DNA of 54,602 nucleotides from the NCBI GenBank assembly GCA_013203345.1, contig JABMQF010000011.1, positions 1-54,602 of the forward strand, in the 5' to 3' direction. The notes under the pieces were generated by a model. The model did not search any database and was not told the DNA's origin. It was given only the letters and a program-made list of their open reading frames with translations. Positions 7,733 through 17,050 of this stretch are shown in pieces; within the stretch, counting starts at the first letter, position 1; every line of letters starts with the position of its first letter. A program made the translations under genes and the position numbers. This DNA is from Candidatus Woesearchaeota archaeon (GTDB lineage Archaea; Nanobdellota; Nanobdellia; Woesearchaeales; UBA11576).

Positions 7733-8143
7733 ATGAAGTGTATTCGTGTTAATGTCAATAAAATAGAAGTTGATGATTTTTCTGTAAGGGATGGTGCGCA
7801 CCTTAGCATTTTCTTTGATGATGGTGGTAAAAAATGTCTGAAATACTCAACTCAGTTGAGCAATATAGATGAAGATGTTAAGAATATCCTAATAAAGATT
7901 CAGGTGTATGAGAAGTCACAAAACAAGGTGCTTGATGCAGATGACGTGCTTGATGGCTTCATAAGTGTTCTTGTTGAGAATGAAGAGGAGGTGATGTGTA
8001 AGATGAATACATTCCTCTGTAGACTTAAGGATGAGCACTCAAGACTAAAAAGTCATGGTTCACACTCAGGATATATGGAAGCACTTAACAGAATGCAGAA
8101 GAAATGTCTTGAAATTAAACCCAAGACTATCAGGAATATCTAG
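7733..8143 (+). CDS. hypothetical protein (136 aa)
   Basis: ATG-initiated ORF in otherwise non-coding space, with no recognisable motifs. Confidence 0.55.
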   Translation: MKCIRVNVNKIEVDDFSVRDGAHLSIFFDDGGKKCLKYSTQLSNIDEDVKNILIKIQVYEKSQNKVLDADDVLDGFISVLVENEEEVMCKMNTFLCRLKDEHSRLKSHGSHSGYMEALNRMQKKCLEIKPKTIRNI

Positions 8144-8245
8144 GTTCTTTTTAAAAATAGATTCTCAAAGCATCATCCTTTTGTTGATTTTTTCTCATCA
8201 TCAATTAACTCGAATCTGCACAAATGGTAAAAAGAAACAAAAAAA

Positions 8246-10372
8246 TTATACTTTAGGTTTTGTTACCATATACACAACAAGCACGACTATTCCAACAACG
8301 ACAAAGATACTGAGCAATGAAAGCAATGCAATATACACTCCTGATCCTCTGAATCCTTGGTTATTTGACAAGTCTGTTATCTTTGTTGATGACGCTACTG
8401 CGCCCTGGCTTCCTGTCTGCGGATCTCCGCTTCCGTAGAACACATCAATACCTGATGTTGTTGTCTGTGTTCCTGAAGGTGCGGTTGTGTCTGTTGTTGT
8501 CCCAGTTGTGCTGCCTGAAGATGAAGTTCCACTGCTGGAAGTTCCTTCTCCACACTCTACCGTGACTTGTATATCCTTTTCATCTGTCTGTCTACTTCCG
8601 CCATCCCTGAATAGTTTTGCAGTTATCTTGTGACTGCCTTCGCGAACATCTGCAGGAATATTGATTGACTTCCTGTACTCAAATTCTGTACAGTCATCCT
8701 CATCATCCTCAAATGCTATACAATTGTCATCATCATACGCACCCATCTCAAACTCTTCTGAAATGCTTATGCTTAATGAGTCGCTATTGAATTTCAGTAC
8801 AACTTCATCATCACTCTTGGTGCCAATGGATCTTCCGTCAGCATACAATGTGATTGATCTTCCGCATGACGCTGTCGAAGGTGCATCGAGCCTTGTGAAG
8901 ATGAATTCCGCCCTGTTCTCTCTGTCAAGATTTACTGAGAAATTCAAATATGCCCTATGTACCGCGTTGTTCCTGTCTCTTCCGGTAGCGTAAAGAGTAA
9001 CTAAGAGTTCTCCATAAGGAGCTTCCCAGTCAATCTCATCTTCGTCAAAGTCAATAACTTCTTCGTCAGATTCATCACCTGCGTCAACATCGAATTCATC
9101 TGTCTCTCCATCTACATCGTCTCTGTCTTCTCCTGCTTCAAAAAAAGTGGCAAAGACTGTGATATCATCTATGTCAAATCCATCATCATTATCAAATGTG
9201 TTTTCGAGCCTGACCTTGACTGCAAAAGAATCTCCAGGTTTAGCATCATCATCTACTGTATCACCATCTGATACTGTATCCCACGATCCACCATCTATGC
9301 TGACTCTTACCCTTTCAAATGAAAGCATTGACTCAACATTTGTGACTATGTTTGATGTCTGATCAAGCTGATCTGAGCTGAAAACAAGGTCTCCTATGTC
9401 TTTTACACCAGAGGCAGTATCATCATCTATGTATGTTGTAACAGTGGTTGTAAAGCTTGATCCTGCTGTTAGTGATGCAGGGGCTACGTTTTCAATCACT
9501 GTATCTGGAGCGGTTGTTGTCAAAGTTATACCTGTAAGACCAAAGTCTCCTGTGTTCTCGATTGTGATTGTTTTAGACACATTCTCTTCCCTGTTGCTTT
9601 CTGCATATTCTACATGCGGCATTGACAAGGTAGTCTGCTGTGCTCTGATAGTGACTGCAAGATCTAATGTCCTATTGACACCAGCATATGAAAAATTAAC
9701 ACCACCACTGTATGCTCCTGTTGCCTGATCTGCAGGCGGGTTGAATACAACAGGTAATGTTACAGTTGAATCATGATTAACATTAAGTGTGCCTGTAGCA
9801 GCACTTGATGTAGTTAGTGTGTTTGCACCTGATGTGAATGTTGGTGTCAGTTCATAATCAAGTCCTGTTATATCATCATTACCTGTGTTTGTTATTGTGA
9901 CTGTTATCTGTCCACTCAGGCCTTGTGCGACTGTGAGGCTTTCTGCTGATGCAGTGTAACCAGGTACTGACCGAACCTCAACAGTTAGAGTAGTACTGTC
10001 ATGTGTTAGTTCATCATACCTTGCTTCAATTGTGCCTGTGTAAGTTCCTGCCTTCTGGCCTGATGGTATGCTTACAAGGACATTGACTATCTGATCAGCT
10101 CCTGCAGAAATATCTGCTGTAGTAGGTGTAAGTGTGACTGCAGAAACAGGTATTGTTTCTGTTCCATCTACCAGCTCTGTGACTGTGAAATTAACAACAT
10201 CAAAGTCTGCTGTGTCTGTGTTTTGAACAGTTATTGATTGTGAATTGTTTATCTCGCCTGGCGCTCCAGATACTTCAACGTCTGCCCCAAGAATACTAAT
10301 CGGACCGATTGCTGAAACACTAAATGCGAGAAATACAGCTAAAATCAAGTATACAACAGTTTTTATGTTCAT
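8246..10372 (-). CDS. surface/S-layer-like exported protein with C-terminal membrane anchor
   Basis: I set the start at ATG 10372 (MNIKTVVYLILAVFLAFSVSA signal peptide) with GGAGG 11 nt upstream; the track ORF begins at TTG 10390. The body is T/S/V-rich and beta-type, with an acidic D/E block, an S/T-rich linker and a C-terminal TM (VYIALLSLLSIFVVVGIVVLVVYMV). Confidence 0.85.
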   Translation of the reverse strand: MNIKTVVYLILAVFLAFSVSAIGPISILGADVEVSGAPGEINNSQSITVQNTDTADFDVVNFTVTELVDGTETIPVSAVTLTPTTADISAGADQIVNVLVSIPSGQKAGTYTGTIEARYDELTHDSTTLTVEVRSVPGYTASAESLTVAQGLSGQITVTITNTGNDDITGLDYELTPTFTSGANTLTTSSAATGTLNVNHDSTVTLPVVFNPPADQATGAYSGGVNFSYAGVNRTLDLAVTIRAQQTTLSMPHVEYAESNREENVSKTITIENTGDFGLTGITLTTTAPDTVIENVAPASLTAGSSFTTTVTTYIDDDTASGVKDIGDLVFSSDQLDQTSNIVTNVESMLSFERVRVSIDGGSWDTVSDGDTVDDDAKPGDSFAVKVRLENTFDNDDGFDIDDITVFATFFEAGEDRDDVDGETDEFDVDAGDESDEEVIDFDEDEIDWEAPYGELLVTLYATGRDRNNAVHRAYLNFSVNLDRENRAEFIFTRLDAPSTASCGRSITLYADGRSIGTKSDDEVVLKFNSDSLSISISEEFEMGAYDDDNCIAFEDDEDDCTEFEYRKSINIPADVREGSHKITAKLFRDGGSRQTDEKDIQVTVECGEGTSSSGTSSSGSTTGTTTDTTAPSGTQTTTSGIDVFYGSGDPQTGSQGAVASSTKITDLSNNQGFRGSGVYIALLSLLSIFVVVGIVVLVVYMVTKPKV

Positions 10373-10731
10373 TTTATTCAAGGCCTCCAAATATAATGCT
10401 TTTAATGATAATAACCACGTTTTAACGCATTTAAAAGCTTATAAAACGCCATTAAAGACTTAAACACACCCACCTCTTAGTTTTTGTATAATAATAACAA
10501 TAAAATATTGTTTGCTATTGGTGAATAGTGATATCTCTTATATAAATGTTTGTTAAAAATCCTGTATTTTCAATCAGACTTAAAAACAACAACCCATATA
10601 TAGATGAGAACTCAAGTCCTAATACTGACTAGTTTTTCTGATATTGAGCATGAATCACAAGACAAGGTGTTTGAAAAGAAAATATAATCATTTGATTTAC
10701 CGTTCTAAATTAGAATTATGTCAGCACTTAT

Positions 10732-10760
10732 CAGTGACAACAAAACAAAACATTTATAAA
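10732..10760 (+). promoter_or_regulatory. conserved promoter box CAGTGAyAACAAAACAAAACATTTATAAA (BRE/TATA-like)
   Basis: It is nearly identical to 11826-11854 and related to 16161-16184. It ends 41 nt upstream of ATG 10801, with SD GAGGTG (10788-10793) in between. Confidence 0.6.
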
Positions 10761-10800
10761 GAAGCTCTAAACCATTCATATCATTAAACGAGGTGTTCAA

Positions 10801-11808
10801 ATGTCTTCACAAAATCCGTCAAGAAGAGATTTCCTAAGATTTCTAGGAGCTACCGCAGCAGTGGCAGCAACAGGGACTGCTTTAAGTTCAATTGATGGAG
10901 TTCTGAACAGCACATTAGGCGAACAGGACACTGAAACTAGAGATAGACAAGTTCGCGTCCAAGAGATCGTTGACAATTTTCCCCAAACAATTCCTTGCGT
11001 CAGACATATTGACTACAACGTCCCTGACGACGCAACAAAACTCATGGTCTTCATCCCTCAGCTTCATGAAATTAACAATGGAGAATTTGATTCACCATTT
11101 TTGATCCAAGAAGAAGTATATCACCCCCAGAATGATATTTATGCGATATTACGATTTTTGCATCATGAATATGGTGTTGAGAATTATTTTTCTGAAGGCA
11201 TACTCTCTGACTGGTCTCAAGATGAATTTATACAGGAGAACATCACTAATTTAGATGAGTTCTTCACATATCAAGAAACCAGAAATCTAGAATGCAGCGA
11301 CGACTCGAATGAGATAATGGCCCTTAACCACGAGGCAAATGAAACAGGGATGACCCCGTCTCTTCGAGATAGGATTGAAGATGCCGTAGAAAGATTCATT
11401 TTCAGTTGCCGAAATTACGGTGCGGATGAGGAATACAGCGGTCTTTCTGGTATAGATGTTAACCAGAGGGTCATGCTGGAAGGTTTTGTGACTCCAAGAC
11501 AGACAGAAACACCCGAACTCAATCAGGCAGCAGGTGACACACTTCGACCTTTGTTGACTTGTAGGATGGGTGGTGGTGATTGCAGATACGAAGAGGCTGC
11601 TTTTGAAGAGAAACAAAAAGAACGAGATAGGTATGCGACTAGACAGGTTGCAGGGTCTGATCAAGTCATCAATCCTTTGGTTTACGGAACATCACACGAC
11701 TTTACAACAGCAGTTCACAACTACAATGCCAAAGAACGGACAAATCCTCAAACAAGCGAAATATTGGGTTTGATTACGCTTTGGCCGAATTCTGTTCCAG
11801 ACAACTGA
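10801..11808 (+). CDS. exported hypothetical protein with twin-arginine (Tat) type signal peptide
   Basis: N-terminus MSSQNPSRRDFLRFLGATAAVAATGTAL. The rest is acidic, with no motif I can name confidently; a Tiki/TraB-like ..QLHE.. / YGTSHDF pair is speculative. Confidence 0.8.
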   Translation: MSSQNPSRRDFLRFLGATAAVAATGTALSSIDGVLNSTLGEQDTETRDRQVRVQEIVDNFPQTIPCVRHIDYNVPDDATKLMVFIPQLHEINNGEFDSPFLIQEEVYHPQNDIYAILRFLHHEYGVENYFSEGILSDWSQDEFIQENITNLDEFFTYQETRNLECSDDSNEIMALNHEANETGMTPSLRDRIEDAVERFIFSCRNYGADEEYSGLSGIDVNQRVMLEGFVTPRQTETPELNQAAGDTLRPLLTCRMGGGDCRYEEAAFEEKQKERDRYATRQVAGSDQVINPLVYGTSHDFTTAVHNYNAKERTNPQTSEILGLITLWPNSVPDN

Positions 11809-11825
11809 AATAGTTAACCACCAAA

Positions 11826-11854
11826 CAGTGATAACAAAACAAAACATTTATAAA
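11826..11854 (+). promoter_or_regulatory. second copy of the conserved promoter box
   Basis: CAGTGATAACAAAACAAAACATTTATAAA differs from 10732-10760 at a single position. It lies 51 nt upstream of ATG 11905. Confidence 0.55.
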
Positions 11855-11904
11855 CAAACACATCTTTCTCATACCACATAGTATCAAAACAGAGGTAAAC
11901 AAAA

Positions 11905-12111
11905 ATGAATTATACTACAAACAATACATACGATCAACACATCACAAGAGAGGCCCAGAAACGGTCCACAACACCAAAAAGGCACTACAACGTGCTTGGC
12001 CTGAAGGATACATCCGAAAACCCGCAAAAGCACACAAAAAGGATAGCCTTCGAGAGATTAGTAACACCAAAACCAGTAAGAGAACACCCACTCTCAAAAC
12101 CCAATAATTAA
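11905..12111 (+). CDS. small basic hypothetical protein (68 aa)
   Basis: The ORF has its own copy of the promoter box and an AGAGGT SD-like site. The composition is low-complexity and basic, so coding status is uncertain. Confidence 0.35.
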   Translation: MNYTTNNTYDQHITREAQKRSTTPKRHYNVLGLKDTSENPQKHTKRIAFERLVTPKPVREHPLSKPNN

Positions 12112-12330
12112 TCCAATTTCAATTATTTCACTCTCTTTTTCTTAAAATACAAAAACCCAAACATTTAAATAGTAGTCTTTATATACAAAACAATACCAGT
12201 ATACAAAAACATACATCGACTACATTTATCACACTAAAGCCTTTGCAAGGTCTCAGTGATTGCATAATGCTGGTAGCAGTAGGGGATGCATGTAGGAAGT
12301 GCGTTCTGCTAAAAAAAAGAGGTTGTAGCC

Positions 12331-14172
12331 ATGAAAAAAAGTGTAAATACGCTTTTGCCATTCTTAGTTACGCCAGCTTTAGCTCTTGCTGATAACAATT
12401 TCAAGATTATTAACAACCACCAACCAATGAATTTTTTTGGCAACATGCTCAACGACGGCGATTACATAAAACAAGATATGATCTACCAAGTGAAGACGAG
12501 TATTTCTGACCCTGAAACTGACATCGATGATGTCTTTTTCTCATGGGTCGGATGTAATGAGCACAATCTTGAAAAGCGCACAAAGCTGTCCCTGATTGAT
12601 AACGCCTATACTGGAGACACGGTATTTACAAGTTTTACAGATGGGCAGCGAGTGTGTTTTTCTTTTTCATCAAATTACAATGGCGATGAATCAATTATAT
12701 CAAAAGGTATGTTCATCGTCAATAATGTTCCACCAAACTTAACTTTAGTATCTCCCAGCGACAAAGCCGCTGTGGGCATAGGAAGTAAATTTAGCTTCCG
12801 TGCTGTGGATAACACCGACTCAGTGATGCAATGCAGTATCTACATCGACGGCGTAGAGTACAGAAAGGACATAGCAGCAAAAAGCATGCAAATTGTATCT
12901 GTTGAAAATAGTGAGATGGATGAAGGAGAACACTCCTGGAGTATTGAATGCGAATACATCGCAGGATGGACTAGCTACAGTAATACATGGACTTATTTGT
13001 TAGACAAGACACCACCAACCATAGTGATGACTACTCCAGAAAATAATAAGATTATTGCAGACTCGACGTATCTGGAGTTTGAGGTCACCGACAACAACGG
13101 TATTAGTGATGTATATTTTGTTCGTGACGGCAATGAGACATTAGTTGACTCCATCTTCAAAATAAATATTTCGGATTGGAATGACGGACCGAACGAATTT
13201 GCGGTTCGCGCGGCGGACTCATTTGATAACCAGGCTGAGCAGACAAATCGGATAAGAATTGATAAAAGTCCTCCGCAGATTGTGCTTTCCAACCCAGACA
13301 ACAACAGTACAAGTGACATACATGTGAACCTAAACTATAGTGTGCTGGACAACTACGATAATGACATGGACTGCAAGGTCTACGTGGACAACAAGAGATT
13401 ACAGCAGCATAAAGCGCGGCAGGATGCGAGTATTATCTGGCCCGCAGAGATGGCAAAAGGAGGACATAGGTGGAGTGTTCAATGTGTCGACAATACAGGC
13501 AACGTCGGTCAGAGTGATGAAAGGGATATTTTTATTGTTGATTCGAGTGGCCCTGACATTACTTTTAGTGTCCCTGACAAAGTCTTCAGAGGTGATCTGG
13601 TAAAAGTAAGCCTAAATGTGGATGACATCAGCGGAGTTTCAAAAGTTATTGCCGAGCTTAGGAATCATCATGATTATTTCCAAAGCATCCCCCTAAAGAT
13701 TGGAGAGGCATACACTGCTGAAATTGAGACCACAGTTGACTGGAAAGATGGCGCATATACATTAGAAGTATACGCTGTTGACACATTGAACTTTTTTTCT
13801 TATACAGAATACAATATTACAATGGAGGTAAAAAACGATGTTGGAGTTAGAGAAGAGCAGTCAGACATTGAAGTTGGAATACCACTACACAAGTCAGAGG
13901 AGTGCGAGGTTGCTACGGTTACGAAAGACAAGAGAACTACAATTGGCATTGGTAAAGCCTATGGCTTCATGAAGGGTCTTGACATCGGCTTAGGTAAAGT
14001 TTTTCTCGTCCTTGCTCTTATGAGTATGCTTTTAGGGACATTGCACAGATTTGGATGGAGCAAAGATGATAACAAGAAAAACCCTGCTGCAGTTGACGTA
14101 TTGTCTTGCAGCTCTGACAGTTTAAGTATTGATTCTTATATGGAAAACAGGAATAAAAGGAGGAATAAGTGA
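12331..14172 (+). CDS. exported protein with repeated Ig-like domains and C-terminal TM anchor
   Basis: It has a signal peptide (MKKSVNTLLPFLVTPALALA). Modules repeat with D(K/S)(T/S)(P/G)P.I....P openings: DKTPPTIVMTTP, DKSPPQIVLSNP, DSSGPDITFSVP. There is a C-terminal TM (VFLVLALMSMLLGTL). The stop TGA overlaps the next ATG (ATGA at 14170-14174). Confidence 0.85.
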   Translation: MKKSVNTLLPFLVTPALALADNNFKIINNHQPMNFFGNMLNDGDYIKQDMIYQVKTSISDPETDIDDVFFSWVGCNEHNLEKRTKLSLIDNAYTGDTVFTSFTDGQRVCFSFSSNYNGDESIISKGMFIVNNVPPNLTLVSPSDKAAVGIGSKFSFRAVDNTDSVMQCSIYIDGVEYRKDIAAKSMQIVSVENSEMDEGEHSWSIECEYIAGWTSYSNTWTYLLDKTPPTIVMTTPENNKIIADSTYLEFEVTDNNGISDVYFVRDGNETLVDSIFKINISDWNDGPNEFAVRAADSFDNQAEQTNRIRIDKSPPQIVLSNPDNNSTSDIHVNLNYSVLDNYDNDMDCKVYVDNKRLQQHKARQDASIIWPAEMAKGGHRWSVQCVDNTGNVGQSDERDIFIVDSSGPDITFSVPDKVFRGDLVKVSLNVDDISGVSKVIAELRNHHDYFQSIPLKIGEAYTAEIETTVDWKDGAYTLEVYAVDTLNFFSYTEYNITMEVKNDVGVREEQSDIEVGIPLHKSEECEVATVTKDKRTTIGIGKAYGFMKGLDIGLGKVFLVLALMSMLLGTLHRFGWSKDDNKKNPAAVDVLSCSSDSLSIDSYMENRNKRRNK

Positions 14173-15003
14173 TGGTACTCGAGGAGCTTTTCAGCCCTCA
14201 GGTTGTAAAGCACAGACCTTACATCTCATTATTCTTCGGCTTTTTTTAGCATAATATCTTTTGCTATAGCTTCATTAATATTCAGGAGCGCGATATCAAT
14301 AGCAGTCATATTCCTAACAACTCTTTTCCTTGTACCAACCATGATACGGCTTGTTTCTATGGAAGAAAAATCTGCAGCGATACACGGTCTTAAGAATTTT
14401 TTCTCTATACACAAAGATATATTTGAGGTATATCTTTTCGCTTTCCTTGGTGTGTTCATAGGATTTGTGCTGATAGGTCTTATTTTTGGAAGTTCATTGT
14501 TTGATTTTCAGATGGGTTTCCTGGAATTTCAGCAAGGAATCACAGAAGAATAAATCAAGGGTTTTATTGACGGCAGCACATCATTTTCTGCCAGCCAGGC
14601 TGTCAGTCTTTTCACACATTCATTATTGATACTTATGATATGTTTCGTATTGTCTTTTTTTTATGGAGCATCTGCTATGTTTCTGATAATACTTAATGGC
14701 TCTGTGTTTGCAAGTTTCATAGTGCTAGTCATAAGGACTATAAGTTCATCAATAGCTCACAGCGCGCTTGCGATGCTTGTCTTCATGATACATCTGATAC
14801 CAGAAGTAAGTGGTCTCCTAATCGCAGCAATAGCTGGAGGGGTTGCATCAAAGGCAATGACGCATGAAAAGATAGGATCTCCTGGTTTCAAGAATGTCTT
14901 CAAAGACGCAACAATCCTCTTGTTGATAGCAGTAGGACTTGTCCTGATCTCTGCCCTGCTTGAGACCTTTATCACAGGCAGACTGTTCCAGTTGATATTC
15001 TAA
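14172..15003 (+). pseudogene. SpoIIM/DUF95-like membrane protein gene interrupted by a frameshift at a T7 run and by an in-frame TAA
   Basis: Segment 1 (14172-14249) is MVLEELFSPQVVKHRPYISLFFGFF*, ending in TAG directly after T7 (14241-14247). One T fewer would join it to segment 2 (14248-14553). The TAA at 14551-14553 is in frame with segment 3 (14554-15003), which contains the track ORF 14626..15003. All three segments are hydrophobic TM-type sequence. Confidence 0.6.
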
Positions 15004-15117
15004 AAGATACCAGCCAGAACAAAATAGACATGATGAAATAAAGGATTAAACTTTATCAAACCGATAAAATCACGGGATATTATTACTAAATGATAAATAC
15101 GCAGTAACAGCAGTTTT

Positions 15118-16005
15118 ATGAGTGTATTATCACTAACTTATCCTATGAGTCTTCTAAAAGATAACAAGTGGTACTTGAATGATTCTAAGCTTTGCTACCT
15201 GACAGATGAGCAGGCAAAGGATTACCTGGCTCTAACAGGATCAAAGGAGTACAGCGCGGGCATGCATGATGCTGAGACAATGTTGATCAGCAACAATATC
15301 GATATGATAGTGTCAGGGATCCATGAGAAGGCCAAGCTGTTTGACCTGGGTTGTGGTGACGCATTGAAGACAATTGATATCCTGAAGCATGCCCGAAAAA
15401 GAGGCAAAGATCTTGACTTCTATCTGGTGGATATCAACCAAATAATTCTGAAGACCGCGATGACAAATTCAAGGCAGGCAGGATTTAATCCCCGCGGCTT
15501 TCAATCGGATTTTTGCAGATTTGAGTATTTAGTGAAGGTGACGAGGCCAGCACCGCAGACAGTAGTCTATCTTGGCGCCAACTATGTGAACAAGGATCCC
15601 TCAATACTTGCAAACATCAGACGCGGCATGCAGTCAGGTGATCTGATATATTTTTCAGCCCAGAACGGTGATGGTGACATTGAGAGGATATTGAAACAAT
15701 ACGACAACCTATCAATGCGGAACTGGCTGTTCCACACAGTCAAGAAGCTGGGTTTTCGCCCTGATGATGTCCAATATTTTGTGGGATTCAATCATGACAC
15801 CAGTGATATCGAGATGAAATTCAGGATATGTGATTTGCCTGAAAAATCGCGGTGCCTTGGCTTCGATGTTGGTGATGAGTTGGTGGTCGCGACATCAAGA
15901 AAGCCTACTCTGGATCAGTTCAGGCGTACAGCAGAAGAATATTTCTCAGGTCAAGTCCTGTTCAGTCCAGACAGGTCCTATGTCGCATTCCTCGGTCAGA
16001 AATGA
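15118..16005 (+). CDS. SAM-dependent methyltransferase, EgtD-like (histidine-specific methyltransferase family pattern)
   Basis: It has motif I LFDLGCGDALKT. The downstream layout (VVYLGANYVNKD..., DIEMKF..., ATSRKPT...) resembles the EgtD/Methyltransf_33 family. Confidence 0.65.
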   Translation: MSVLSLTYPMSLLKDNKWYLNDSKLCYLTDEQAKDYLALTGSKEYSAGMHDAETMLISNNIDMIVSGIHEKAKLFDLGCGDALKTIDILKHARKRGKDLDFYLVDINQIILKTAMTNSRQAGFNPRGFQSDFCRFEYLVKVTRPAPQTVVYLGANYVNKDPSILANIRRGMQSGDLIYFSAQNGDGDIERILKQYDNLSMRNWLFHTVKKLGFRPDDVQYFVGFNHDTSDIEMKFRICDLPEKSRCLGFDVGDELVVATSRKPTLDQFRRTAEEYFSGQVLFSPDRSYVAFLGQK

Positions 16006-16160
16006 TCCTTTGGGATATACTAGCCTATTCAGGAGTCATCGCACGATATTTGTGATGGAATTCTTGTTTGCTAATTTAAAGAAATACAGGCATAAATCAC
16101 ATATTCATAGAAGTATTCAGAGAACACCTTTTTCTCTAACAATGTAAACACTCCTAAGTA

Positions 16161-16184
16161 GTCACAAAACAAAACATTCTTAAA
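16161..16184 (+). promoter_or_regulatory. degenerate third copy of the promoter box
   Basis: GTCACAAAACAAAACATTCTTAAA lies about 90 nt upstream of ATG 16273. Confidence 0.35.
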
Positions 16185-16272
16185 CCCTACACAAATAACA
16201 TGAATTGTTCTGCAGCTAACCACTAGCATTCAAATCTGCAGTCTTAATTCACACATTAAAAAGGTACAACCC

Positions 16273-17013
16273 ATGAAAAACATAAAATCCATAGCTACAG
16301 CCGTTGCAGCAGCATATATTTCACTGACTAGTCCTGCAGCAGCAGAGGAGGCAGATGAGCTTGAGGATATTATGACTCCTGTTGTTGAGTCTGAAGCGCA
16401 AGAATCACCTCTGGAAGACATAACCCTATCCAGCAGTGCATCCTATAACAGTGTCTACTACAACCGTGGCATGCGATTCTCTGAAGGTCCTGTCATACAG
16501 ATGTTAGAAGCCATCAATTACAGGTTTCTGACAATAGGCCTCTTCGGTAACCTCGACCTGACAGATGAGAGGGTAAATGAGGTCGACGTCTTGTTTGAAC
16601 TCAGCAACGACATAGGAATCCTCAACATCACTAGTGGTTATGCCCTGTTCCTTTTCCCTCAGGGCGACCCTTCAAGGTCTATGGAAGTATACGCGCGGAT
16701 AGGGCTTACAAGCCCATTGCAGTTCAACGTGACACTCGCTTATGATTTTGAGGCAGGGGATGGATTATATGGAGAAGTAAGAGCAGGGCATGATATCCAG
16801 AAAAAAAATTTAACACTATCCCTCTCGACAGCAGTAGGCATAAACGACGAATACTGGAGAGAAGGTAATGGACACAATCTCGAATTCAGGGCATCCATGC
16901 CAGTAAACATACCAGGACCATTCACAGTCCGCCCCACAGTAACATACAGTCTAGGCCTGAGCGAGGATACAGAATCAGTCTTCCAATGGTCTGTCGCACT
17001 TGAGACAGATTAA
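16273..17013 (+). CDS. exported beta-strand-rich protein, pattern reminiscent of bacterial TorF/Gcw_chp-type beta-barrels (tentative)
   Basis: It has a signal peptide (MKNIKSIATAVAAAYISLTSPAAA) and then alternating hydrophobic/polar strands. The YNSVYYNRGMRFSEGPVIQ start and the E.D.. / Y.L.LFP motifs resemble the Gcw_chp layout as I remember it. Confidence 0.7.
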   Translation: MKNIKSIATAVAAAYISLTSPAAAEEADELEDIMTPVVESEAQESPLEDITLSSSASYNSVYYNRGMRFSEGPVIQMLEAINYRFLTIGLFGNLDLTDERVNEVDVLFELSNDIGILNITSGYALFLFPQGDPSRSMEVYARIGLTSPLQFNVTLAYDFEAGDGLYGEVRAGHDIQKKNLTLSLSTAVGINDEYWREGNGHNLEFRASMPVNIPGPFTVRPTVTYSLGLSEDTESVFQWSVALETD

Positions 17014-17050
17014 GATTTATCATGCATCTCAAGAGAGTATAGGTATTCAC

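Noticed and set aside
8365-10463. Several 66-110-aa plus-strand ORFs inside the 8246..10372 gene; likewise antisense ORFs within 3076..6120, 29502..31970 and 51935..54400
   Set aside because: They are antisense to long, motif-supported genes. They have S/L/T-rich low-complexity translations and no start-site signals.
14551-14553. Stop-codon reassignment (TAA read as sense) for the whole genome
   Set aside because: Many well-supported genes here end cleanly at TAA at the expected lengths, for example 34932..35210. A single internal TAA is better explained by a pseudogene or a sequencing error.
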